A stretch of DNA of 64,000 nucleotides. Origin: an uncultured Candidatus Saccharibacteria bacterium. Lineage in GTDB: Bacteria > Patescibacteriota > Minisyncoccia > Phycocordibacterales > PALSA-1337. The stretch lies in NCBI GenBank assembly GCA_964561875.1, contig CAZLQL010000002.1:23613-87612 (forward strand). The letters are read 5' to 3'. A program made the translations under genes and the position numbers. The notes under the pieces are model-generated. The model was not told where the DNA came from. It did no database searches and saw only the letters and a list, made by a program, of their open reading frames with translations. Shown here piece after piece: positions 1-8,828 of this stretch. The stretch's first letter is position 1; each line of letters begins with the position of its first letter.

Positions 1-13
1 AAAGCTTTTAGTA

Positions 14-414
14 GTGCCCCACCACCTTCTCTAAAAGAGGGTACCTAAGGTGTAACTAATTACTACTTAGTTCATAACCGCTTGGTGCCCTACCACCTTC
101 TCTAAAGTAAGGTATCTGAGGTTGAGAAAAACAAGAAATGGAGGGAGGTTGTCTTGTGCCCCACCACCTTCTCTAAAGGAGAGTACCTGAGGTTTCATCC
201 AGTTTTTTTGTATAAAGCTTTTAGTAGTGCCCCACCACCTTCTCTAAAAGAGGGTACCTAAGGTGTAACTAATTACTACTTAGTTCATAACCGCTTGGTG
301 CCCTACCACCTTCTCTAAAAGAGGGTACCTAAGGTGCATTTATTGCACTACTATCCCCTTGTGCCATTGTGCCATTGTGCCCCACCACCTTCTCTAAAGT
401 AAGGTACCTGAGGT
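14..414 (-). CRISPR. CRISPR-like array: six 38-nt repeats (14-51, 85-122, 156-193, 227-264, 298-335, 377-414) with 33-nt spacers (one of 41 nt); runs off the window's left edge; no cas genes visible
   Basis: Plus-strand consensus GTGCCCYACCACCTTCTCTAAA(AGAGG/GTAAG/GGAGA)GTAYCTRAGGT with a 71-nt period, which is not a multiple of 3. Strand inferred from the leftward promoter at 617-645. The array is certain; CRISPR function is not. Confidence 0.6.
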
Positions 415-610
415 TAGTAAGGAAAAACAAGGAGGGTGGTTTTCTGAGAATTTTCATCTCAGCTTCATGAAGCCATTTCAAGCTTCCGGCCCGGGCACGG
501 GGCATACTAGAGAATCCATCATCCTCTAGCTGCTATTTTAGAGAATGATACCTGGGCTTCCGAAGAAGTGTTAGGTATCCTTCTCAAATCTTTAGTTCTG
601 TCGAGGAACT
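415..610 (-). ncRNA. Structured leader or candidate scaffold RNA preceding the repeat array
   Basis: Consecutive hairpins, including the minus-strand GAGAA/GATACCT...CTTC-TTCG-GAAG...AGGTATC/TTCTC stem (541-585, cUUCGg tetraloop) and the CTAGAG/CTCTAG stem (507-529). Contains repeat-complementary segments. Confidence 0.5.
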
Positions 611-616
611 GACAAT

Positions 617-645
617 AACTTACATTAAATATATAATCTTGTCAA
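617..645 (-). promoter_or_regulatory. Sigma70-type promoter firing toward the array
   Basis: Minus strand TTGACA (640-645), 17-nt spacer, TAAGTT (617-622). Confidence 0.65.
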
Positions 646-652
646 ATTATCT

Positions 653-681
653 TTGCATTTTACTAAGATTTAAGGTAATCT
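653..681 (+). promoter_or_regulatory. Putative fusA promoter, back-to-back with the array promoter
   Basis: TTGCAT (653-658), 17-nt spacer, TAATCT (676-681). Confidence 0.5.
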
Positions 682-713
682 AACTGTTACTTCTTAATAA
701 TTAATTTTAATTT

Positions 714-2858
714 ATGAATCGCGACTACCCATTAGAAAAAGTTAGAAATTTTGGAATCATAGCCCATATTGATGCAGGTAAAACTACTACATCAGAACGT
801 ATCCTTTACTATACAGGTATGATACATAAGATTGGTGAAGTTCATGATGGAGAAACTACTACTGACTGGATGGAACAGGAAAGAGAGCGTGGTATTACAA
901 TTACCGCCGCTGCTATTACATGTTTTTGGAATCCTTCATATATGCCAAAGGAGGATACTTCAAAGAAAGTTCGTTTCAATGTTATCGACACTCCGGGACA
1001 CATTGACTTTACTGTGGAAGTAAAGAGATCTCTTCGTGTGCTAGACGGTGCTGTTGTGGTATTTGATGGAGTTGCTGGAGTAGAACCTCAATCAGAAACA
1101 AACTGGAGATATGCTGATGAAAGCAATGTGCCACGTCTATGTTTTATAAATAAAATGGATAGAATGGGTGCGTCATTTGAAAGATCATACGCATCTATAT
1201 TAGAGAGACTAAATAAAAGAGCTGTAAGATTTCAAATTCCTATAGGAACAGAAGGAGAACACAATGGTGTTATAGATCTTCTAAAGATGAAGGCTTATTA
1301 CTTCGATGGTGAAAAGGGAATAAATGTTATTGAAAAAGAAATTCCTGAAGCTTATCTTGCTGATGCAAAAAAGTATCATGCTGAGCTAGTAGAAAAATCT
1401 GTTGAGCATAATGATGTCCTAATGCAACAGTACCTTGATGGAAAAGAAATTCCAGTTGATGTTCTAAAGACAGAAATAAGAAAGTTGGTTATAGAAAATA
1501 AAATTTTCCCAGTATTCACTGGTTCTGCTCTAAAAAATGTTGGAGTTCAACTTGTACTAGATGCAGTTGTTGACTATCTACCAGCACCTACAGATCTAAA
1601 AGCTGTAAAAGGAATTGATCCAAATACAGGCGAAGAAATATTCAGAGGCCCATCTGACAATGAACCTTTTGCTGCGCTTGCTTTCAAACTTCAAAACGAT
1701 CCATTCGTAGGACAACTTACTTTCTTTAGAGTTTATTCAGGAACAATTGAAGCAGGTACATATATATACAACTCAACTACAGGAAAAAAAGAGAGACTAG
1801 GACGTATTGTTCGTCTTCAAGCTGATAAGAGAGAAGAAGTTAAAAAAGTCTTTGCAGGAGAGATCGCAGCTGCAGTAGGTCTAAAGGATGCACTTACTTC
1901 ACACACATTCTGTGACGAAGAAAAACCAATCATACTAGAAGCAATAAAATTCGTTGATCCAGTGGTATCACTACGTATTGAACCAAAGACAAAGGCTGAT
2001 CAAGAAAAAATGGGTATGGCACTTCGTAAACTTACAAATGAAGACCCTACTTTCAAAGTAAGTTCAAATCCTGAAACTGGCGAAACACTAATCGCAGGTA
2101 TGGGAGAGCTACATCTTGAAATTATGGTTGATCGTATGAAGAGAGAGTTTGGTGTCGAAGCAAATGTTGGTAAACCTCAAGTAGCATACAGAGAAACAAT
2201 TCTTGGTACTGCTGAAGCTGAACACAAATACATCAAGCAATCTGGAGGTAAGGGACAATACGGTCACGTAAAGATTACAATATCTCCAATGAAAGCTATT
2301 GAACCTGGAGCAAAAATTCCAAAGAATGTAAGTCGTTATGATGATTTCGAATTTATCGACTCAATCAAGGGAGGAGTTATTCCACAAGAATTCATCCCAG
2401 CAGTTGAAAAGGGAGTACATGAAGCTATGGATAGAGGTATAGTCGCTGGATACAAGATGGTAAATGTAAGTTGTGAACTAACATTTGGTTCATACCACGA
2501 CGTAGACTCTTCAGAAATCGCTTACAAGATAGCTGGTTCTCAGGCTTTCCAAGAAGCTGCAAGAAGAGCAAGACCAGTTATTCTAGAACCTATCATGAAG
2601 GTTGAGGTTCTATTCCCAGAAAAATACATGGGAGATATCACTGGTTCTATATCATCAAAGAGAGGAACTATAGAAGAAATGACAGAGAGAGGACAAGCAA
2701 AAGTGCTTCATGCCAAGGTTCCTCTATCAGAAATGTTCGGCTATACAACTCAACTACGTTCTATGACTTCAGGACAGGGAAGCTCTACAATGGAATTTGA
2801 CCACTATGAGGTAGTTCCACCAAATATAGAGAAAGAGATAGCTGAAGCAAGAAAATAA
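714..2858 (+). CDS. fusA: Elongation factor G
   Basis: AHIDAGKTT, RGITI, DTPGH and NKMD motifs; 714 aa. Confidence 0.99.
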   Translation: MNRDYPLEKVRNFGIIAHIDAGKTTTSERILYYTGMIHKIGEVHDGETTTDWMEQERERGITITAAAITCFWNPSYMPKEDTSKKVRFNVIDTPGHIDFTVEVKRSLRVLDGAVVVFDGVAGVEPQSETNWRYADESNVPRLCFINKMDRMGASFERSYASILERLNKRAVRFQIPIGTEGEHNGVIDLLKMKAYYFDGEKGINVIEKEIPEAYLADAKKYHAELVEKSVEHNDVLMQQYLDGKEIPVDVLKTEIRKLVIENKIFPVFTGSALKNVGVQLVLDAVVDYLPAPTDLKAVKGIDPNTGEEIFRGPSDNEPFAALAFKLQNDPFVGQLTFFRVYSGTIEAGTYIYNSTTGKKERLGRIVRLQADKREEVKKVFAGEIAAAVGLKDALTSHTFCDEEKPIILEAIKFVDPVVSLRIEPKTKADQEKMGMALRKLTNEDPTFKVSSNPETGETLIAGMGELHLEIMVDRMKREFGVEANVGKPQVAYRETILGTAEAEHKYIKQSGGKGQYGHVKITISPMKAIEPGAKIPKNVSRYDDFEFIDSIKGGVIPQEFIPAVEKGVHEAMDRGIVAGYKMVNVSCELTFGSYHDVDSSEIAYKIAGSQAFQEAARRARPVILEPIMKVEVLFPEKYMGDITGSISSKRGTIEEMTERGQAKVLHAKVPLSEMFGYTTQLRSMTSGQGSSTMEFDHYEVVPPNIEKEIAEARK

Positions 2859-2882
2859 AATATAGTTAAAATAAATAGCAGT

Positions 2883-2891
2883 TGTGGATAA
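2883..2891 (-). promoter_or_regulatory. DnaA box consensus
   Basis: TGTGGATAA is the reverse complement of TTATCCACA. Confidence 0.45.
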
Positions 2892-2946
2892 CTACGATTG
2901 CAAAGAAAAATATAAGTAGTATTCTTATCACTAAGAGACACTACTC

Positions 2947-2986
2947 GAAAATCGGGCACAGGAAACTGGCTCGAATTTTTCTTTTT
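2947..2986 (+). terminator. GAAA-tetraloop hairpin followed by a U-tract (fusA terminator, attenuator or short RNA)
   Basis: TCGGGC-A-CAG-GAAA-CTG-GCTCGA followed by TTTTTCTTTTT. Confidence 0.55.
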
Positions 2987-3093
2987 ATAAACTGCTTGGA
3001 TATATAAAATATCTATATCTTATCGATAATTTATATAGTATTTAAAGGCAGATGTATTGATCAGTGTAAATTATAAGTTATTAAAAAATAAAA

Positions 3094-4509
3094 ATGTTCT
3101 CACAGCACCACAAACATGTAATTGCAGTAGCTATCCTTATGGTAGCTTCTTATTCATTGCCTCAAGTAAAACAGGCTTTAGCAGTTACAAATATAGATAT
3201 GGCAAGTTGTCCGATAGGGTATATATGTGAACCAAAGGTAAATACTTCATATTCTACTGTGACACCAAAAGTTGAACAGTCTGCTCCAACTGCTGTTCCA
3301 ATAATAGTGGCAAGTCAGAAAGAGGTAGGTCAGAAGTATTGTTATACATTTAATCAAAACCTAGATTCAGATAATCTAGGTAATGGTATATCTATAGAAA
3401 AGAGTAGTGGTGTATCTCTTTTCAATCTTCAAACAATTTTGCAAGATAAAGAAAATATAAATGTAGATAATAATGAGAGAGATATAAAAAATCCAAAATT
3501 TGGTAATTCAACAAAATCTGCTGTAATAGCTTTTCAAAAGAAGTATGGTATTCCTGCAATAGGGGTTGTAGGACCAATGACTCGTGCAAAATTAAATAAG
3601 ATATATGGTTGTGGTAATGATAATGTTTTATTAAATAAAGTTTTGCCAACTACTACACTATCAAATAGTGCAAATAATGTAGGACCACAAAATAAAACTC
3701 TACCAGTATCTGAAAAAGCAAAATATTATTCAAATACATCTATAAGTAATGTAAATATCATAGATTCAAAGACATATTCTAAACTTGTTGATGGATCAGT
3801 GGTTACAAAGGGAAATACATATAGAATAACTTGGGATGCATCAGAAGTCCCTGAGAGTGCAAGATTTACTATAATATTTCAGTCACCAACAGATCCAAGT
3901 GTTTATGGTGTTATGAGAACTGGTTTGATCGATGCAAGTAAGAGATATTATGATTGGAAAGTTGAAAGTACATTCCAAGATAATGTAAATATAAGAATAA
4001 TAGTAGAGGTAGGTAGTTTGAGAGCGTATTCACCATTAATAAAAATATCATCGCCTACTGCTAACAGTACTATATTGGATGCGGGATTGGACTCAACTGC
4101 AAATCCTAAAACTTCAGAATATAAGAAGACTGAAGTTGAAAAATCTCCCTCATCTATATCATTGATACCAGGTATCAAAACTATGTATCCAAGTTCAGGT
4201 GCACCAGGTACAAAAGTAACACTTACACTTTCAAATCCAAAAAGGGAAATAGTGTCTTATGGCGATTTTAACTTCGGAAATTTTGGCTTACCAAATTTCA
4301 CAAATACAAATAATGAAGTTATAACATTTACAGTTCCAAACGATGCAAAAGCAGGAATTTATGAAGTTGTTTGGTTTAGTTCAACAGATATGTATGTAAC
4401 AAAATTCAATGTTATTTCACAATCTGCTCCTGTATCTAAAGCTGGTGGATGGCATTATGTAGCGTCAGTTTTCGACACAGTCATTACTCTCGCTTCTATA
4501 GTTATGTAA
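3094..4509 (+). CDS. Secreted/surface protein with peptidoglycan-binding domain and C-terminal IPT/TIG-like domain
   Basis: Signal peptide, CPIGYICEP motif, FGNSTKSAVIAFQKKYGI..GVVGPMTRAKLN (PG_binding_1-like), MYPSSGAPGTKVTL (IPT-like). Confidence 0.8.
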   Translation: MFSQHHKHVIAVAILMVASYSLPQVKQALAVTNIDMASCPIGYICEPKVNTSYSTVTPKVEQSAPTAVPIIVASQKEVGQKYCYTFNQNLDSDNLGNGISIEKSSGVSLFNLQTILQDKENINVDNNERDIKNPKFGNSTKSAVIAFQKKYGIPAIGVVGPMTRAKLNKIYGCGNDNVLLNKVLPTTTLSNSANNVGPQNKTLPVSEKAKYYSNTSISNVNIIDSKTYSKLVDGSVVTKGNTYRITWDASEVPESARFTIIFQSPTDPSVYGVMRTGLIDASKRYYDWKVESTFQDNVNIRIIVEVGSLRAYSPLIKISSPTANSTILDAGLDSTANPKTSEYKKTEVEKSPSSISLIPGIKTMYPSSGAPGTKVTLTLSNPKREIVSYGDFNFGNFGLPNFTNTNNEVITFTVPNDAKAGIYEVVWFSSTDMYVTKFNVISQSAPVSKAGGWHYVASVFDTVITLASIVM

Positions 4510-4576
4510 TTGTTAACACAATATAATTGTCTTATTGTGTTAAAATAGTTGGGTAATATTATTTATAATTATTTAT

Positions 4577-5773
4577 ATGAAAATTAAAAATAGATTTTTT
4601 GTGGTAATGCTTGCATTTTTGATAGTAGGTATTCCACTTGTTTCTTTTGGACAAAATCAAACTATTACTTGTCCTCAAAATTTAATATGTACACCTATAC
4701 CTCCACAACCCGCTGGTTGTCCTGTAGGTTTTACTTGTAAGTTAAATATAGTCGGTACAGATCCTAATGTGGCTGTTCTAATTACTAATACAAGTACATA
4801 TTCACCGGTTGCTAAGTCTGTTTTACCTGATAGTAATGTCTTACTAGGTGTATTTGAAATAACAGATATGAATAAGACATCTACCTTAAAGTCTATATCT
4901 TTTAATATACCAGTTTCAGGGAGATTACCTGCGGATATATTTAATAATCTATACATAAAATCTGGAGACAAAATTGTACCCGCTGATTCTATAAGTTCAA
5001 ATCCTAAATTCTCAAATATCGATAAAATTTTAAGTAGAGATACTACATATACTTTAGCTGTATATGGAGATGTTAAGTCAAACACACCAGATAATACAAA
5101 AGTGTATGTTAGATTGAATGCTGCCAACTCAACAATATATGCCGTTGACTCTGATGGTGTAGCAGCAAAGGTGACTGAGCAGATATCAACATCTAGCACC
5201 ACGACATTTGTGGGTAAGGTTGCTGTATCTAATGTAAGTGCAAAAGCAGAATCAATAGATAATGGAACTTCTCGTCCTAATTTAGCTTCTATCAATATTG
5301 AATTTAATGTAGATAATCTATCTAATAAAGATGTGTTTATAAGTAAGAATCCAAATATAGCACTATCAACATCTTCAACACCAATTAATTCAATTGTGGG
5401 ATTAAAATTCGCTACACCTAATCCTCAAATTTTATCTGGTGACACAGCTGAATCTTATGTGATACCAGCAAATTCTTCAAGAAAATTCTCTTATCTTGGA
5501 GTTATGCTTAGACCAGTAAATGGTGGAGCTGTTTCATTTAAGATATCTCGTCTAAAGTATGGATTTAATTCAAAAAATGGTTTACCAGAACCAGTATTAG
5601 CTACACCAAATACAAATACTGAAAGTAATACTACTTATGATTTTAGAAATATTGGTATTACATATACCCTGGCAACAAGTGACGATGATAATAATATTCT
5701 AGCAACTAGAAATCTTCGCGATAGTTTAGTTGCTTCTGTGTTCGGTTTTGCTAAATTGATATTAGGTTTCTAG
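4577..5773 (+). CDS. Secreted Ser/Thr-rich beta-sheet surface protein, function unknown
   Basis: Signal peptide, two CPxxxxC motifs, hydrophobic LVASVF C-terminal tail. Confidence 0.75.
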   Translation: MKIKNRFFVVMLAFLIVGIPLVSFGQNQTITCPQNLICTPIPPQPAGCPVGFTCKLNIVGTDPNVAVLITNTSTYSPVAKSVLPDSNVLLGVFEITDMNKTSTLKSISFNIPVSGRLPADIFNNLYIKSGDKIVPADSISSNPKFSNIDKILSRDTTYTLAVYGDVKSNTPDNTKVYVRLNAANSTIYAVDSDGVAAKVTEQISTSSTTTFVGKVAVSNVSAKAESIDNGTSRPNLASINIEFNVDNLSNKDVFISKNPNIALSTSSTPINSIVGLKFATPNPQILSGDTAESYVIPANSSRKFSYLGVMLRPVNGGAVSFKISRLKYGFNSKNGLPEPVLATPNTNTESNTTYDFRNIGITYTLATSDDDNNILATRNLRDSLVASVFGFAKLILGF

Positions 5774-5788
5774 TACTAACATATATAT

Positions 5789-5818
5789 TTGACTTTAAAA
5801 TGTGTACTGTGCTACTAT
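5789..5818 (+). promoter_or_regulatory. Putative tuf-S10 promoter
   Basis: TTGACT (5789-5794), 18-nt spacer, TACTAT (5813-5818) preceded by TGC. Confidence 0.55.
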
Positions 5819-5869
5819 AGCCAGTACGCATTTTTCTTTGCGTTCATTACTTATTAATTAACAATTTAT

Positions 5870-5920
5870 CTTTAGTCTTGCTTCAACTGGCATTCACGCC
5901 CGATTGAAAAAGGACTAAAG
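5870..5920 (+). promoter_or_regulatory. Long hairpin in the tuf 5' leader
   Basis: Nested CTTTAGTC/GACTAAAG, TTCAA/TTGAA and GGC/GCC stems ending 12 nt before the ATG. Confidence 0.5.
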
Positions 5921-5932
5921 CACTAAAATCAT

Positions 5933-7117
5933 ATGGCAGAATTCAATCGTACAAAGCTTCATGTAAACGTTGGTACAATCGGTCACGTTGACCATGGTAA
6001 GACTACTCTTACTACATCAATTTTGGCTGTTCAAGCTAAGGATGGTCTTGCTCAAAACAAGGCTTATGCTGATATTGCAAAGGGAGGTACAGTAAGAGAT
6101 GCTTCAAAGATCGTTACTATTTCTCTAGCTCACGTAGAATATGAGTCAGCAGCTCGTCACTATGCTCACATAGATGCACCAGGACACGCAGACTACATAA
6201 AGAACATGATTACAGGTGCCGCTCAGATGGACGGTGCTATTCTAGTAGTTTCAGCACAAGATGGAGTTATGCCACAAACAAGAGAGCATATCCTTCTAGC
6301 AAAGCAGGTTGGTGTTCCAAGAGTTGTAGTTTTCCTAAACAAGTGTGATATGGTTCCAGAAAAGGACCTTATAGACCTAGTTGATGAAGAAGTGCGTGAA
6401 CTTCTTACAAAGAACGGTTTTGATGGAAAAAATGCTCCAGTTATACGTGGTTCAGCCCTAAAGGCTCTTGAAGGTGATCCAGAGTGGGTAGCAAAGATCA
6501 AGGAACTTATGAACGCTCTTGATACATATATACCAAACCCAGTTCGTGAAGTTGATAAGCCATTCCTAATGCCTATAGAAGACATCTTCTCAATAGAAGG
6601 TCGTGGAACTGTAGTAACAGGACGTATTGAAAGAGGTGTGATAAAAGTTGGAGAAGAAGTTGAAGTTATAGGTTTCAGAGATACTTCAAAGACAACTATC
6701 ACAGGTATAGAAATGTTCAATAAGTCTCTAAAAGAAGGTATTGCCGGAGACAATGCTGGACTTCTACTAAGAGGTACATCAAAGGATGATGTTACTCGTG
6801 GTATGGTTCTTGCAAAGACAGGATCAGTTAAGCCTCATACAGAATTCGAATCAGAAGTATACATCCTAAAGAAAGAGGAAGGAGGAAGACATACACCATT
6901 CTTCACAGGATATAAGCCTCAGTTCTATATCAGAACAACAGACGTAACAGGAGAAGTAACACTAGCTACTGGAGTAGAAATGGTTATGCCAGGAGATACA
7001 GTTACATTTAAGGTTAAGCTTGTTTCACCAGTTGCCCTAGAAGATAAGCAAAGATTTGCTATTCGTGAAGGAGGTAAGACAGTAGGTGCTGGAGTTATAA
7101 CAAAGATAGTTGCATAA
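5933..7117 (+). CDS. tuf: Elongation factor Tu with atypical switch I
   Basis: [36 protein letters not shown]. Confidence 0.99.
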   Translation: MAEFNRTKLHVNVGTIGHVDHGKTTLTTSILAVQAKDGLAQNKAYADIAKGGTVRDASKIVTISLAHVEYESAARHYAHIDAPGHADYIKNMITGAAQMDGAILVVSAQDGVMPQTREHILLAKQVGVPRVVVFLNKCDMVPEKDLIDLVDEEVRELLTKNGFDGKNAPVIRGSALKALEGDPEWVAKIKELMNALDTYIPNPVREVDKPFLMPIEDIFSIEGRGTVVTGRIERGVIKVGEEVEVIGFRDTSKTTITGIEMFNKSLKEGIAGDNAGLLLRGTSKDDVTRGMVLAKTGSVKPHTEFESEVYILKKEEGGRHTPFFTGYKPQFYIRTTDVTGEVTLATGVEMVMPGDTVTFKVKLVSPVALEDKQRFAIREGGKTVGAGVITKIVA

Positions 7118-7126
7118 TACAATCTC

Positions 7127-7507
7127 ATGACTACTGCTACAAAAGAAGTAAAAAAGAAAGTAACACGAGCAAAAGCTATAAAGGCACCAGTAGAAGGTGA
7201 TGGAGCAAGACTACGCATACGTGTACGTGCTTATGAGCACAAGATTCTTGATGCTTCTTTGAAGCAGATTATGGATACTGCTATCAGATATGATATGAAG
7301 TTCTATGGTCCTATACCACTCCCAACAGAAATAAAGAAATATACAGTAAACAGAGCTGCATTCGTATACAAAAATACTCGTGAACAGTTCGAAATGAGAG
7401 TACACAAGAGACTTATAGACATAATAAATCCAAATCAGAAGATCATCGAAGCACTTACAAACCTTAGTCTACCTGGGGGTGTAAACATAGATGTAAAAAT
7501 GATGTAA
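7127..7507 (+). CDS. rpsJ: 30S ribosomal protein S10 (N-terminal extension)
   Basis: [31 protein letters not shown]. Confidence 0.97.
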   Translation: MTTATKEVKKKVTRAKAIKAPVEGDGARLRIRVRAYEHKILDASLKQIMDTAIRYDMKFYGPIPLPTEIKKYTVNRAAFVYKNTREQFEMRVHKRLIDIINPNQKIIEALTNLSLPGGVNIDVKMM

Positions 7508-7530
7508 TCATTATATTAATTAATACTGCA

Positions 7531-8136
7531 ATGAAATTTATTCTTGGACGAAAGCTAAATATGACTCAGATATTCGACAAAGATGGTGTTGTTCAACCAA
7601 CAACTCTAGTTGAAGCTAGTCCTATAGTTGTAACACAAGTTAAGACAAACGAGTCTGATGGTTACAATGCTGTACAAGTTGCAAGTGGAGCAAAAAAGGT
7701 AGAAAGACTAAATAAGGCTCTTAAGGGACATATGAAAGATCTAGGTGCTTTTGCTTCTCTTAGAGAATTTAGAGTTAATGAAGTAAATCATAAGGTTGGA
7801 GATAAGATAGACTTAGCACAATTCAAAGAGGGTGATTCTATAGAAGTTAGTGCAATTTCAAAGGGAAAAGGCTTCCAAGGAGTAGTTAAGAGACATGGTT
7901 TCGGTGGAGGTCCTCGTACACACGGTCAGAAGCACTCAGAGAGAGAGCCAGGATCTATCGGAGGAGGTCTTAGAAATAAGGTTCCAAAGAAAATGAGAAT
8001 GGCAGGAAGAATGGGTAGTGATAGAGTTACAATAAAGAATTTGAAAGTATTACACGTAGATCAAAATACAAATATTCTTTATATCTCTGGTGCAATTCCT
8101 GGTAAAAGAGGAACACTGGTTGAAATAATCGGATAA
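7531..8136 (+). CDS. rplC: 50S ribosomal protein L3
   Basis: SKGKGFQGVVKRHGF, DGYNAVQ. Confidence 0.98.
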   Translation: MKFILGRKLNMTQIFDKDGVVQPTTLVEASPIVVTQVKTNESDGYNAVQVASGAKKVERLNKALKGHMKDLGAFASLREFRVNEVNHKVGDKIDLAQFKEGDSIEVSAISKGKGFQGVVKRHGFGGGPRTHGQKHSEREPGSIGGGLRNKVPKKMRMAGRMGSDRVTIKNLKVLHVDQNTNILYISGAIPGKRGTLVEIIG

Positions 8137-8157
8137 AAATGATAGAAAGACAAAACA

Positions 8158-8823
8158 ATGGAAACAAAAATGGAAACAAAAATACATAATCAAAGAGGAG
8201 AAGAAGTTGGAAAGATAAGTCTACCAACAGAAGTATTTGGTCTACCATGGAACTCAAACCTAGTTCATGGAGTGGTTGTTTCTATGATGTCATCTAGTCG
8301 TGATCCTATTGCTCATACAAAGACTCGTGGTGAGGTAAGTGGAGGAGGTAAGAAGCCATGGCAACAGAAAGGTACTGGTCGTGCTCGTCACGGATCTACA
8401 AGATCTCCTATATGGGTAGGTGGAGGTATCGCTCATGGTCCAAGAAATGATAAGAATTATGATAGAAAGATAAATAAGAAGACTAAAGCAAAGGCTTTGT
8501 ACACTATTCTCTCAAAGAAATTTAAAGACGGTGAATTGCTATTTATAGATTCAATATCTTTTGAAAAGCCAAAAACAAAAGACGCAAAGGTTACTGTTGA
8601 GTCATTTGGAAAAATAAAAGGTTTTGAAAAGTTTACAACTAAACCAAAAAATGTAGCCATAATAGCTATGGATAAAAAATCAGATAATGTTTCAAAGAGT
8701 TTTGGTAACTTCGGAAATATTTCTATAGAAGAATTTAGAAATATAAATCCAGTTTCTATCCTTAACCACAAGTATCTGGTTATTGTTAATCCAAAGGATA
8801 GTCTAAAAACTTTTAATAAATAA
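8158..8823 (+). CDS. rplD: 50S ribosomal protein L4 (start could be 8170)
   Basis: TKTRGEVSGGGKKPWQQKGTGRARHGS. Confidence 0.98.
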   Translation: METKMETKIHNQRGEEVGKISLPTEVFGLPWNSNLVHGVVVSMMSSSRDPIAHTKTRGEVSGGGKKPWQQKGTGRARHGSTRSPIWVGGGIAHGPRNDKNYDRKINKKTKAKALYTILSKKFKDGELLFIDSISFEKPKTKDAKVTVESFGKIKGFEKFTTKPKNVAIIAMDKKSDNVSKSFGNFGNISIEEFRNINPVSILNHKYLVIVNPKDSLKTFNK

Positions 8824-8828
8824 AATAT

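Noticed and set aside
1-414. Array read as a protein-coding tandem repeat or as a TIGR array
   Set aside because: The 71-nt period breaks frame and no ORF is present. The unit has one long repeat and one 33-nt spacer, not the short dual-spacer ~36-nt TIGR layout.
2883-2891. Replication origin
   Set aside because: DnaA boxes are single and scattered, with no cluster or dnaA/dnaN gene in the window.
8157-8183. 12-nt tandem duplication at the rplD start (METK-METK)
   Set aside because: Simple slippage that only affects start choice.
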